A stretch of DNA of 49,987 nt from a virus (Duplodnaviria > Caudoviricetes), in the IMG/VR virus record IMGVR_UViG_3300049563_000031, positions 1-49,987 of that record, one strand, 5' to 3'. Positions within the stretch are counted from its first letter, which is position 1, and the number at the start of each line of letters is the position of its first letter. Made by a program: the position numbers and the translations under genes. Below the pieces are notes generated by a model that saw nothing but the letters and a program-made list of their open reading frames with translations, was not told the DNA's origin and made no database searches. Below, piece after piece: positions 9,632 through 19,275 of this stretch.

Positions 9632-10714
9632 ATGGCGTTCACAGCTGGAGAACTCAGCAACATTGCTAATGCCGCCCTCGACTTTTACTACAACAAGGGG
9701 GACACGTTTAAGCAGTCGATCCAGGCGAAACCTTTACTTCGCTTGCTCGAAAGCTCGGCCAAGTCCTTCCCCGGCGGCAAAGGAAACATCTCGCTCGCAG
9801 TGAAGGGCGATTACGGCGCGGGCGGCGTCAACGATCACGTGGTCGGCTACACGCACAACGACACCGTGTCGTTCTACACGCCGGCCAACATCAAGCGGGT
9901 CAACTACCCCTGGCGTGAGCACCACATGGGTCTGACCCTGACCCATACCGAGCTGAAGATCGACGGCATCTCGGTCACCGACGAGCAGGGTGACGGCAGC
10001 TCGCTGTCTAACCACAGCGACCGCGATGTCACCGTTCTGGTGAACCTGCTGCAGGACAAGCTCGAAGACTTTGGCGAGCAGTACGCCCGCTCGATGAACA
10101 CCCTGATGTGGGGCGACGGCACGGCTGACGCGAAAGCTCTGGCTGGCATGCAGTCGATCATCGCGGCGATCCCCAACGCCGGGAACCTCGGCGGCTTGGC
10201 CCGTTCCTCCAACACCTGGTGGCAGAACCGCGCGGCGACGGTGGCCTTTGGCGGCGCCGGCGGGCGCGGTCCGGTGACTTCGTCGGCGACAAACGGCGGC
10301 GCTCTCTTGCAGTTTCTGCAGAACGAGTATCGTCAGCTGATCCGCTTTGGCGGGCGTCCCAGCAAGTGCCTTGCCGGCAGCGCCTTCATCAACGCGATGG
10401 AGATCGAGCTGCGCGCTAACGGCAACTACACGATGACCGGCTTCACGGGTCCCCAGGACGGCTCGATGGGGCAGCTGAAATTCATGAACACGGTCATCGA
10501 GTACGACCCGACCCTCGACGATCTCGGGTTCACCAAGCGCGCCTACTGGTGGGACCCGCGGCACATCTACCTGATGAAGCAGGATGGTGAGTGGGACCAC
10601 AAGTTCACGCCTGCCCGGCCCTACAACCAGTTCGTCATGTACAAGTCGATGACCCACACGGGTCAGATGGTTGCCCAGCAGGTGAACTCCGCGCTCGTGG
10701 TGGAGATCGCCTGA
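9632..10714 (+). CDS. Major capsid protein
   Basis: 360 aa after scaffold; PLL..L, WGDGT....LAG, GGL.R...WWQN, IEYDP motifs; strong codon bias; followed by terminator. Confidence 0.88.
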   Translation: MAFTAGELSNIANAALDFYYNKGDTFKQSIQAKPLLRLLESSAKSFPGGKGNISLAVKGDYGAGGVNDHVVGYTHNDTVSFYTPANIKRVNYPWREHHMGLTLTHTELKIDGISVTDEQGDGSSLSNHSDRDVTVLVNLLQDKLEDFGEQYARSMNTLMWGDGTADAKALAGMQSIIAAIPNAGNLGGLARSSNTWWQNRAATVAFGGAGGRGPVTSSATNGGALLQFLQNEYRQLIRFGGRPSKCLAGSAFINAMEIELRANGNYTMTGFTGPQDGSMGQLKFMNTVIEYDPTLDDLGFTKRAYWWDPRHIYLMKQDGEWDHKFTPARPYNQFVMYKSMTHTGQMVAQQVNSALVVEIA

Positions 10715-10721
10715 CGGGACG

Positions 10722-10765
10722 ACCGGGGCTGGTCCTTCTGGGGAGCGGGACCAGCCCCGGTTTTT
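10722..10765 (+). terminator. Rho-independent terminator after capsid gene
   Basis: 14-bp stem ACCGGGGCTGGTCC/GGACCAGCCCCGGT followed by T run. Confidence 0.85.
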
Positions 10766-10798
10766 GTCTCACGTGAAACATAGAAAGGACGATCCCCC

Positions 10799-11410
10799 AT
10801 GCCTTACGTCGCCGTCAGTCAATCACCAATCCGCGTGCGTCAAACCTCGGGACCTGTCGATCCCGGCTATGGCGTTGGCGGCGAGTATCCCTCGCACCAG
10901 CCGGTGCCGCCGACCGGCCCGGTCGATCCCGGCTATGGCATCGAGCTACCGCCGGTTGCCTCGCACCCGTTGCCGCCGACACCCGAGCACCCGATTGCGA
11001 TACCGCCGACCTATCCGGTCGACCCGGATTACGGTCTGCCCGTGCCGCCGACGGTCTGGCCGCAGCCGCCGCGCCCGGTCGATCCGAGCTATGGCATCCC
11101 GATCCCGATTGCGCCGACGCACCCGATCTACTTGCCGCCGGTTGGACCCAACAACGACCTGCCGTTGCCGCCGGGCAGCGTGTGGCCGCCGCTGCCGCCC
11201 TCGATCACCGGCGAGATCATGTGTCTGGTTTGGATCGTCGGGGCGGGCTACCGCTGGACCGTGATCGACACGAGCCTGAAACCTGAGCATCCGATCGCGC
11301 AACCACCGCTTTATCCGTCGCATCATCCGTTGCCCGGTGGCGAGCATCCCTCGCACCAGCCGGTGCCGGGTGGGCCGGAAGCCCCGCCCGTGACGCCGAC
11401 GCGACGATAA
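10799..11410 (+). CDS. Pro/His/Tyr repeat protein (PVDPxYG, PxHP repeats)
   Basis: AAAGGA RBS; four PVDP(G/D/S)YG plus several PxHP/PSHQP units; LVWIVGAGYRW segment. Confidence 0.8.
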   Translation: MPYVAVSQSPIRVRQTSGPVDPGYGVGGEYPSHQPVPPTGPVDPGYGIELPPVASHPLPPTPEHPIAIPPTYPVDPDYGLPVPPTVWPQPPRPVDPSYGIPIPIAPTHPIYLPPVGPNNDLPLPPGSVWPPLPPSITGEIMCLVWIVGAGYRWTVIDTSLKPEHPIAQPPLYPSHHPLPGGEHPSHQPVPGGPEAPPVTPTRR

Positions 11411-11423
11411 AGAACGTAAACTG

Positions 11424-11445
11424 AGCCGGGGGGCAGCCCCCGGCT
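11424..11445 (+). other. GC hairpin upstream of the 11466 RBS
   Basis: AGCCGGGGG-GCAG-CCCCCGGCT, no U tract. Confidence 0.6.
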
Positions 11446-11465
11446 GAAAGAGGAGAAGTTTTCTT

Positions 11466-11651
11466 ATGCCCTCTACCTCTAAAGCTCAGTCCCGGCTGAT
11501 GCACGGCGTGGCCTCCGGCAGCATCAAAGGCTCCGGTGTTCCCAAGAAAGTCGCGCAGGATTTTGTCGCTGCCGATAAGGGCAAGAGCCAGGCCAAGCTT
11601 CCCGAAAGGAAAATCAGCGACGTGGTTGCACCGAAAGGCGGAGGCTACTGA
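11466..11651 (+). CDS. Small basic protein, DUF3008-like
   Basis: MPS.SKAQ.R.M..VA...VA.DF...D....LPE pattern; AGGAG RBS. Confidence 0.6.
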   Translation: MPSTSKAQSRLMHGVASGSIKGSGVPKKVAQDFVAADKGKSQAKLPERKISDVVAPKGGGY

Positions 11652-12340
11652 TGCCGGCGTTTCATCTATTGCGCTGCGTGGTCTCGCTGGGCGGAGACCA
11701 GGGCACCCAGGTCTACCGCGACCGCACGCGCCCGATCGTGTTCCCCGAGCTGCCGATCCTGCAGTTCATGCATGGCGAGGAGGCGGTGACCGACGTGCAT
11801 GTCGTCGGCACCTGGGAGGCGCCCAACGATGAGGTGCTGACGCGGCTGCAGACGATCTACGCACCGGAAACCCTGCAGGCGGTCTTTCCCGGCGCGCGGC
11901 CGCGTTTGCCGCTGTCCGACCCCTCGATCCCGCGTTGTTCGCTGCCGGTCTACAAGCCGCGCGTTACCCGCCCGGCGAACCCGGACCCCAAGCTGCGGCC
12001 GCTCGATCAGTTCACGGTCACTTCGGAGATGCCGGTGCTGGACGCACCGCCGCTGCCGGTGGAGAGCGACCCGACGCCGGACGAGATCGCCGCGCACGCG
12101 CAGGACGACGAGGACGATATGGGCCTGGGACCAGTGGTCCCGGGGGTGGTCCCGGACCTGCCTCGTCCCGAGGAGCTGCCGCACATCGTGCGCGACACTT
12201 TGGGCCGCGGTTCGTCGCATCACGCGGCCGCCTCGACCTTGCCTGACGTGAACGCCGGCGGCAGCCATCCGCCGGGTCATGCCGACAACCGCAAGATCAC
12301 CACCCAGTCCGCCGCCCGGGAGGTCCAGCGCCGTGGCTAG
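11651..12340 (+). CDS. Hypothetical head-module protein
   Basis: TGATG coupling; globular N-half (PE..ILQ.MHG.EAV.DV), Pro-rich C-half. Confidence 0.7.
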   Translation: MPAFHLLRCVVSLGGDQGTQVYRDRTRPIVFPELPILQFMHGEEAVTDVHVVGTWEAPNDEVLTRLQTIYAPETLQAVFPGARPRLPLSDPSIPRCSLPVYKPRVTRPANPDPKLRPLDQFTVTSEMPVLDAPPLPVESDPTPDEIAAHAQDDEDDMGLGPVVPGVVPDLPRPEELPHIVRDTLGRGSSHHAAASTLPDVNAGGSHPPGHADNRKITTQSAAREVQRRG

Positions 12341-13079
12341 GCAGCTGCGCGACATGCTGACCGATCTGCGGGCCGAGCTGGGGCACTCGACCAATGTCGC
12401 GCACGGCATCAACGACCGCGATACGCTGCTTTACTACCTCAACCGCACGCAGCGGCAGCTGTACGAGGATTACGACTGGCCGCAGCTGATCGTCGACCGC
12501 GACATCAAGCTGGCGGACGGGCAGCGTTATTACGCCTATCCCAGCGACCTCCCCTTCGACGACATCAGCCACATCTGGGTGCTCATCAACACGGTCTACA
12601 ACGAACTCGCTTACGGGATCGGCCCTTACGAAATGGTCCTGTGGAACTCGGATAACGGGTTCAAGGCCTGGCCGACCCGCAAGTGGATGCACAACGCCGA
12701 CAGCAACATGCTGGAGCTGTGGCCGGTCCCCGACGCTTCTGCGGTCGACGCCAACGCGATCATCCGGGTGCGCGGGACCAAGACCGTCACGACGATGATA
12801 AACGACAGCGATCTGTCGACCCTGCCGGACAACATCATTGTGCTGTTCAGCGCGGTCGAGATCCTGCAGCGCGACAACGCCAAGGATGCCGCCTTGAAGC
12901 TCACCAAGGCGAACGAGGCGATGCGGCGTCACCGTGTGCGCCAGTTCAGTCACAAGCAGGTCCGCCCGATGGTCATCGGCGGCGGCGGCGGGGACGCGCA
13001 GTCGCGGCCGGGGCATCAGCCGATCCTCGGTCTCGACTACATCCCGCCCGGTTATGGCAGCGGGCCAGGCTCGCATTAA
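12333..13079 (+). CDS. Head-tail adaptor (gatekeeper)
   Basis: GTG with GGAGG RBS; LN..Q..L...YDWP.L, Y.YP.D, LELWP.PD motifs; precedes nozzle gene. Confidence 0.75.
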   Translation: MARQLRDMLTDLRAELGHSTNVAHGINDRDTLLYYLNRTQRQLYEDYDWPQLIVDRDIKLADGQRYYAYPSDLPFDDISHIWVLINTVYNELAYGIGPYEMVLWNSDNGFKAWPTRKWMHNADSNMLELWPVPDASAVDANAIIRVRGTKTVTTMINDSDLSTLPDNIIVLFSAVEILQRDNAKDAALKLTKANEAMRRHRVRQFSHKQVRPMVIGGGGGDAQSRPGHQPILGLDYIPPGYGSGPGSH

Positions 13080-14501
13080 ATGGCCGATGACCGGGTCTTC
13101 TCGATCACCGACTTCAAGGAGGGCCTTGATGTCAGAAAGACCCCGCTGACCGCGCCCGGCGGCAGCTTGCGCATCCTGGAAAACGCGGTCCTCAACCAGG
13201 GTGGCGAGATCGAGAAGCGTTTGGCCTTTGTGCCGATGACGGTGATGCCGGCGGATTACACCTACCTGGTGGGCCACGGCGGCACCGCTTTGCACGCCTT
13301 TGGGGTGAACCCGACCGGCACGGTGCCGCAGGGCAGCCTGCCGGTGCCGATCGTGTCGCACCATCTGGCCGCGGCGCCGGAGCAGATCGTCGAGATCACC
13401 GATGTCGAGCCGTTCGACGACAAGTTCTTCGTCTGCGGCACCGGCGTCAGCGGGACCACCTACTGCTGGTACAACGATGTCCTCGTCACAGAGGTCGACG
13501 GCAGCCAGAGCCACGGCACTCACGCGCGCACGTGGAAGTCGAAGATGTACCGTATCGACGGCAAGTATCTGCGCTTCAGCGGCGTCAACAACCCAGCGCA
13601 GAACGACCCCGCCTCGGTCACCGAGCCGGGCGCCGGTTTTATCAATATCGCCCTCAACGACCCCGAGGGCGAGCCGCTCGAAAGCATGGAGGTCTACTAC
13701 TCCGACATGGCGTTGCTGGCGCGGCTGCAGACCCAGATCTGGGCGCTCGACCCCGACCCGACAAAAGACGCTCTAGGCCAGCTGCTGCGCATCGGCGTTG
13801 TTGCGCCGCGCTCAGTCGTGCAGTTCGGCACTGGCGATGTTTTGTTTCTCTCCGATAGCGGCGTGCGGAGCCTGAAGGCGCAGTACATCAACCTTGCAGC
13901 CTCGGTGTCCGATGTCGGCTCGGCGATCGATCTGATGTTGGTCCCGGTCATCCGGGCCAACCCGACCGCGGTGCGCAAGGCCGACGCGACGGTGCAGCCG
14001 GTCCAGGGCCGCTACTGGCTCTCGATCGCCGACACGGTCTATGTCCTGTCCTATTTCCCCGCCGGCCATATCACTGCGTGGAGCACTTTCAAGCCGGGTT
14101 TTACGGTGCGGCACTTCGCGCTGATCGGCAACCAGGTGTACTGCGACGACACCGCCGGGAACATCTACCTCTACGGCGGTCTCGCCGGAAACCAGTTCGA
14201 CAGCAGCAAGGTCACGGTTCGCACGCCGCATCTGAGCGCCAACGCCCCGACGCAGTGGAAGCGCATCAAGAGCGTCGAAGTGATGTGCCAGGGCCAGTGG
14301 ACGGTCTCGATCGGCATGCTGCCCAACAACACCGAGGCTTTCGAGCTGTGCGCCACGATCCAGGACAACACTTACGGCCTGGAAAGCATCCCCTTCGCCG
14401 GCTACGGGACGCACATTGGCATCCACATGGAGCACCAGGCGCCTGGCCCGGCGACGATGGCGGCCTTGCACCTCAACCTCCTCGAAGGCGTGGTCACGTG
14501 A
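13080..14501 (+). CDS. Tail nozzle / DNA stabilisation protein (P22 gp10, T7 gp12 equivalent)
   Basis: DF..GLD, L.N.....GG.IEKR, DVLFLS.SGVRSL, AWS motifs; beta-rich. Confidence 0.78.
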   Translation: MADDRVFSITDFKEGLDVRKTPLTAPGGSLRILENAVLNQGGEIEKRLAFVPMTVMPADYTYLVGHGGTALHAFGVNPTGTVPQGSLPVPIVSHHLAAAPEQIVEITDVEPFDDKFFVCGTGVSGTTYCWYNDVLVTEVDGSQSHGTHARTWKSKMYRIDGKYLRFSGVNNPAQNDPASVTEPGAGFINIALNDPEGEPLESMEVYYSDMALLARLQTQIWALDPDPTKDALGQLLRIGVVAPRSVVQFGTGDVLFLSDSGVRSLKAQYINLAASVSDVGSAIDLMLVPVIRANPTAVRKADATVQPVQGRYWLSIADTVYVLSYFPAGHITAWSTFKPGFTVRHFALIGNQVYCDDTAGNIYLYGGLAGNQFDSSKVTVRTPHLSANAPTQWKRIKSVEVMCQGQWTVSIGMLPNNTEAFELCATIQDNTYGLESIPFAGYGTHIGIHMEHQAPGPATMAALHLNLLEGVVT

Positions 14502-15088
14502 CCAGCCAGGTTGGAGCGCACGCAGTCTCGCGCGATGCGCTGGCCTACATCGTGCGCCACTTGCGGTCGCGGGACCGGCGCGAGATTTTCGCGTTACGCT
14601 GGAACGACAACGAAGATCAGTTTGTCGACCAGGTCGTGAGTTTCGCCGGTGATCTCTGGCGGCTGTGGTCCCTGGACGACGAGCCGGTCGCCGTCAACGG
14701 CGTCATCCCGGTGCGCCCCGGCGTCGTCATCGCTGGCGCCTTTGGCACCCACAAATGGCGCAGCACGTTACGGCCGATGACGCGGTGGTCGCTGGACTTT
14801 GTGATCCCGACGCTCCGGAACGCCGGCTATCACCGCGGCGAGGCCTATGTCCTGGCCGCCAACACCGACAGCCGTCGCTGGGTCGAGATGCTTGGCGGCG
14901 AGGTCGAGTGCCTGCTGAAAGGCTATGGCCGCGAGCGCGAGGATTATCTGCTGTACGCCTGGGACCTGACCCGCGAGAGGAGTGACCAAAATGTGCTTCG
15001 GCGGCGGCGGCAGCGTGTCCAGCGGCCCTCAGATGGCGATCGTAAACGGGCAATGGGTGGAACAAGGGGTCCCACCGGAGTTTGTTGA
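14498..15088 (+). CDS. GNAT-like protein (T7 gp13-like position)
   Basis: LR..D.RE, A.N.DS.RW...LG..E..L..YG...EDY.LY.W; GTGA overlap. Confidence 0.65.
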   Translation: MTSQVGAHAVSRDALAYIVRHLRSRDRREIFALRWNDNEDQFVDQVVSFAGDLWRLWSLDDEPVAVNGVIPVRPGVVIAGAFGTHKWRSTLRPMTRWSLDFVIPTLRNAGYHRGEAYVLAANTDSRRWVEMLGGEVECLLKGYGREREDYLLYAWDLTRERSDQNVLRRRRQRVQRPSDGDRKRAMGGTRGPTGVC

Positions 15089-16154
15089 CCGCGGCGCGCG
15101 GACGGTCGCGCAGTATCAGCAGATGGCGGCTTCGGATCTGAGTGACCGGCAGATCCAGGCGCAGCGGGACATCGCCACCCAACAGCAGGAGTTCAACCAG
15201 CAGCAGGTCAATCAGCAGCAAGCGCAGTACGAGCAGCAGCAGACGCAGGCCCGCGAGCAGGCGGCGCGGCAGACCGAGTACGACACCGGGCGGGCTTCGC
15301 AGCTGGCCGACGCCACCTCGCAGATCGACAGCGCGTTCTCACAGTTCTACTCGCCGCGGACAGTAGTAACGGGACCCGCCCCCGGGGGACCACCCAGGCC
15401 GATGCCGACAGCACCGGCAGAGACTGGGCCGTTTACGGTAAACGTGACGCAAGGACCTGACGGTCAAAAAACGGTGGGACCACTGCCGCAGGGACAACAG
15501 GATGCTGTCGCGGCGGCGCAGAAATATCAGGCCGACGCGACGGGCGCGAAACAGGACCTTTTCGACCCGGCGCACCAGCCAGCAACCACGACGTACTCGG
15601 ATTACTTTGACCAGTTCGCCCATGACTATACGAGCCGGGCACAGGACCAGGTCAGCTATCAGCAACGGCAGGCGGAGCGCGATCTCGGGTTCCAGCTGGC
15701 GCGACAAGGCATCTCGGCGAGCCAGGCGCGAGCAAACCAGGAAGGCCTTATCCAGGAAACCGCCGGGCGCACGATGGCCGAGCAGGTCGACGCCGCGCAG
15801 AACGCCGCGGCAAATCTGCGGTCCAACGTCGCCAGCGCGCGGCAGAACCTGCTGGGACAAGTCATCAACGCGCAAAGCATTGGCTCGCCGATCGCTGGCA
15901 GCACCGAGCAGGACGTGGGGAACGCCTTGCAGACCCAGCGCAGCGCGATTTCCGGGATCACCAACACGGCCGGAGACACGGTCGCCAGCCTCAACGCGGT
16001 CCCGGTCGTCAACACGCTGAGCAACATCTTCGGCAGCGTCCTCGGATCGGCGGGCAGCTTTGTTCAGGGCGCCAACGCCAACGCGATCATGGGGCAGTTC
16101 GGCCGCGGCTTTGCCGGGACCGATCCTGGCGCAACTTCGACAAGGTTGGGGTGA
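14991..16154 (+). CDS. Internal virion / ejection protein
   Basis: MCFGGGG start with AGGAG RBS; Gln/Ala coiled coil; LARQG...S motif. Confidence 0.65.
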   Translation: MCFGGGGSVSSGPQMAIVNGQWVEQGVPPEFVDRGARTVAQYQQMAASDLSDRQIQAQRDIATQQQEFNQQQVNQQQAQYEQQQTQAREQAARQTEYDTGRASQLADATSQIDSAFSQFYSPRTVVTGPAPGGPPRPMPTAPAETGPFTVNVTQGPDGQKTVGPLPQGQQDAVAAAQKYQADATGAKQDLFDPAHQPATTTYSDYFDQFAHDYTSRAQDQVSYQQRQAERDLGFQLARQGISASQARANQEGLIQETAGRTMAEQVDAAQNAAANLRSNVASARQNLLGQVINAQSIGSPIAGSTEQDVGNALQTQRSAISGITNTAGDTVASLNAVPVVNTLSNIFGSVLGSAGSFVQGANANAIMGQFGRGFAGTDPGATSTRLG

Positions 16155-16160
16155 CCGGCC

Positions 16161-17258
16161 ATGTGTGATCCAGTCTCGATCGGCCTCGCCGCGGTCAGCG
16201 CCGCGACCTCAATCTATGGCGGCATCCAGTCAGCGCACGCGCAGCAAGCCCAGTCGCAGGCGATCGCGGACCAAAATCGGGCAACCCAGCTTGCGCAGAA
16301 CGAGGCATTTACGACGCGCAACCAGGCGGCCCTGCAGCAGACCGCTGCGCAGTCCGCGGCATCACAGCAGAGCTTGCAGGACCGCAACACCGCGGCCTTG
16401 CAGATGCGTCAAAATCAGATGGACGCGCTGAAGAACTACCAGGACACGATCAACGCCGAAAACGCGCAGGCTACAGCGTTGCGCCAAACGGGCGATGCCG
16501 CAGCGCAGGACCTGTTGACGAAGACCAACGCGCCGACGCTGGCTGACGCGCAGACCCAGAGACAACAACAGGCGGCCGCGCTTTTGGCGCCGAGGCTGCC
16601 GCAGGGACCGGGTCCCACCGACCCGGCCGGCAACGATGCAGCGACTGGCGACCTGGCTACCGGGGGCGCGCTTGCGCGCCGCACGGCCGAAGCCGCCACC
16701 AACATCCGGGACTACGGTTCCAGGATCGCCGCGGTCGGGTCGTATGAGGCGCCGGTGCAGCAGGTCGGCCTGGCGATCACCGGCAACCGAACCGGGATCA
16801 TGCCTGCCCAGGCCGCCGAGCAGCTGCTGCGCGCGGGCAGCACAACGCGCCTCTTGCCTTCGCAGGTCGATTACCGGGCCGCCACCGGCATGGGCCAGGC
16901 GCAGGATCTGCTGCTGCAGTCCCGGGGACAAAACGCTCTCGATGCGGCGAGCTTGTCCTACGGCAACGCGACCGACATCGCAAACTTACGGCAGTCTGAT
17001 GCCGACACGATCGCGGCGAACATCTCGGCACAGGCGCAGGCCAACGCAAAGGCCAAGGCAGCCCAGGCCGGGATCATCCAGGGAATTGGCCGCATCGGTC
17101 TCTACGGCGCGGGCGCGATGGGTGGTTACGGCGGGACGGGAGACCTCCTCGGCAGCCAGGGGCCGGTATTTGGCACGGCAGCCGACCAGTCGATCGCCGC
17201 CGGTGGTCCGCCTTTGGCGCCAGGGGGTGGCCCCGCGTTTCTCAGCCGGATTTTTTAA
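16161..17258 (+). CDS. Internal virion protein (T7 gp14-like)
   Basis: MCDPVSIGLAAVSAA start typical of gp14-like proteins; Ala/Gln-rich. Confidence 0.7.
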   Translation: MCDPVSIGLAAVSAATSIYGGIQSAHAQQAQSQAIADQNRATQLAQNEAFTTRNQAALQQTAAQSAASQQSLQDRNTAALQMRQNQMDALKNYQDTINAENAQATALRQTGDAAAQDLLTKTNAPTLADAQTQRQQQAAALLAPRLPQGPGPTDPAGNDAATGDLATGGALARRTAEAATNIRDYGSRIAAVGSYEAPVQQVGLAITGNRTGIMPAQAAEQLLRAGSTTRLLPSQVDYRAATGMGQAQDLLLQSRGQNALDAASLSYGNATDIANLRQSDADTIAANISAQAQANAKAKAAQAGIIQGIGRIGLYGAGAMGGYGGTGDLLGSQGPVFGTAADQSIAAGGPPLAPGGGPAFLSRIF

Positions 17259-17271
17259 GGGGGTCTGACCG

Positions 17272-19275
17272 ATGCCGACCTTTGATACCGGCAACGCGCA
17301 GTGGGACCAGAACTTGTCCTCGCTGGGTAACGCGCTGTTCCCCGATCCCTCGAAGGCTGCGCAGGGATATTACTACGGCGCCGAGGCGCGCAAGGCGCAG
17401 CTTGAGAGCAACAGGATCATCCAGCAGCAAAACGACCTGGCCCGGTTCAAGCAGATGCAGCCGGACAGCGAGCAGCCCTTAGCCCCTCAGACTTACTCCC
17501 AGCCGCCGCTCACCGGCGCGGCGCCGATCCCCAACCCGCCGTCAAACCTGCCGATGGGGATGAGTACTGTGGTCCCGGGACCAGTCGCCGGGCCTCCTGG
17601 CGCCGGGCGGATCGTCCCGCAGACGATGACCCCGGCGCAGGCTGCAGCGCAGACGCCTGCGTCTGCAGCGCCTTTGATGCGGGGCACGCCGGCGCCGACC
17701 GGGGCGCCAGTCCCCGGTGCATCACCACAAACGCCGCAAAACACCGGCTCGGACGGGTCAGTCCCCACCAATGATGCGGCCTCGGGTGTTATGCACCCCG
17801 GCAGCATCACCGACCCGAACGGCGGCATTAAAATAAGCGGGCCGGCTGCGCCCAACGGCTCGCCAGCGCGGACCCCGGTCAGCTTGGCAACTTATGTGGC
17901 GCAGGCCGCCGCCGCCGGGATGGATGCTGCGCAGGCATCCTTGCAGGGGCAAGCCTATCTTGCCTCGCTCTACCAGCAGGGCCGGATCAGCCGTGACACC
18001 TATCATCAGCTGCTAGGCGGGGCCGGGCAGCCGACGCTCGCCACCGCAGACACCGCAGCGGCTGCTTCGGTGAAGGGCGCCCAGATCGGCGCCGGAGCCA
18101 CGATAGGCGCTGCGAAAATCCGCGAAGGCGGCGAGACCGGGCGCAAGGGCATGGAAATGGTCTTTGTGCCTGACCCGGATAACCCCGGTCAGGGGACGTT
18201 TAAGCCGCTCTCTCAGCTGCAGAGGCTAGGAGGCACGCGCGCGGCCAACCCGCAGACAGCGGTAACGCAGGTGACGCCGGTCCTGACCCAGCCCGGTGGT
18301 CCCGGGACCCCACCGATCAGTCAGCCGGCGTACAAGGCTCCCGGTCAGCAGATTTACCCCACGGGCACCGAGGACATCCGGCAACAACAGCAGGGGGCGA
18401 TCAAGAACTGGATCGACCCGAAAAACCCGACCGTGCTGGTCCCGGGTAATATCGTGGAGGCCAGGGCGAACGGCTGGGTCGCGGTGCCCCAGACGATGGA
18501 GGAGTGGACTTCGCTGGCGAACTACGCTGCCGCCAACGCGCCGCCGGACCAGGCGGAGCAGATCCGGGCCAGGGTCCTGCAGAACGCCACGGCGATGGCG
18601 CCAAAGCCGATCGATGCCGCGGAAGCCGTCAAGCGAGGCGTTGTCATCGACCAACGGCTGGCGATGCATCTGCCTGTTCCGGCCAGCGCCGGCTATGGTG
18701 CCCCGACCGCAACCGCGCAGAACCAGCTGCCATCGGGAGCCGGGCCGGAACTCGACCCCGTCCTGAACAACCTCACGCAACAGTATCTTCTGTATGGCCC
18801 GCGGGAGGCCCGCGAAAACCCCAGCACTGCAGCCGACATGGCTATCGCGCAGTTGCTCCGACAGAAATACATCAACCCGCAGCAGAGCCGCACGATGGCC
18901 CGCCCCTATATCGGCGGCGGCACGACGGTCGTGAACAGGCCGACGTTGGACGGTGGCACATCTGAAGCCTTCCGCATCGAGCTGATGAACCCGAAAACGG
19001 GAGAGCCTTACGCGCCAGGAGAAGCGCCGTCTTCCATCCCGATGGATCGTGCCCCCCTAAGCCCGACCGTGGCGCCGTTCGACAGAACGGCACCGCCTGC
19101 AACGCCAAGACCCCCCGCTGCGGGACCAGCTGCGGCGCCGACGACTGCAGCGCCAGCAAGACTGGCTCCGGGAGCCGATATGGGACCGGCGTCTGGCATA
19201 CCTGAAGGACACACCGGGACAGCAGCCGGCGGGCAGCGCGCTGTCGTCAGGAACGGCCGCTGGACCGCGCAGTAG
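17272..19275 (+). CDS. Internal virion / DNA ejection protein
   Basis: 667 aa, Pro/Ala-rich, between gp14-like and giant protein; C-terminal G.R.VVRNGRW. Confidence 0.6.
   Translation: MPTFDTGNAQWDQNLSSLGNALFPDPSKAAQGYYYGAEARKAQLESNRIIQQQNDLARFKQMQPDSEQPLAPQTYSQPPLTGAAPIPNPPSNLPMGMSTVVPGPVAGPPGAGRIVPQTMTPAQAAAQTPASAAPLMRGTPAPTGAPVPGASPQTPQNTGSDGSVPTNDAASGVMHPGSITDPNGGIKISGPAAPNGSPARTPVSLATYVAQAAAAGMDAAQASLQGQAYLASLYQQGRISRDTYHQLLGGAGQPTLATADTAAAASVKGAQIGAGATIGAAKIREGGETGRKGMEMVFVPDPDNPGQGTFKPLSQLQRLGGTRAANPQTAVTQVTPVLTQPGGPGTPPISQPAYKAPGQQIYPTGTEDIRQQQQGAIKNWIDPKNPTVLVPGNIVEARANGWVAVPQTMEEWTSLANYAAANAPPDQAEQIRARVLQNATAMAPKPIDAAEAVKRGVVIDQRLAMHLPVPASAGYGAPTATAQNQLPSGAGPELDPVLNNLTQQYLLYGPREARENPSTAADMAIAQLLRQKYINPQQSRTMARPYIGGGTTVVNRPTLDGGTSEAFRIELMNPKTGEPYAPGEAPSSIPMDRAPLSPTVAPFDRTAPPATPRPPAAGPAAAPTTAAPARLAPGADMGPASGIPEGHTGTAAGGQRAVVRNGRWTAQ

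Noticed and set aside
11420-11450. CTGA-stem-GAAA resembling a hammerhead ribozyme core
   Set aside because: Lacks the CUGANGA consensus, and stems I/III are not evident
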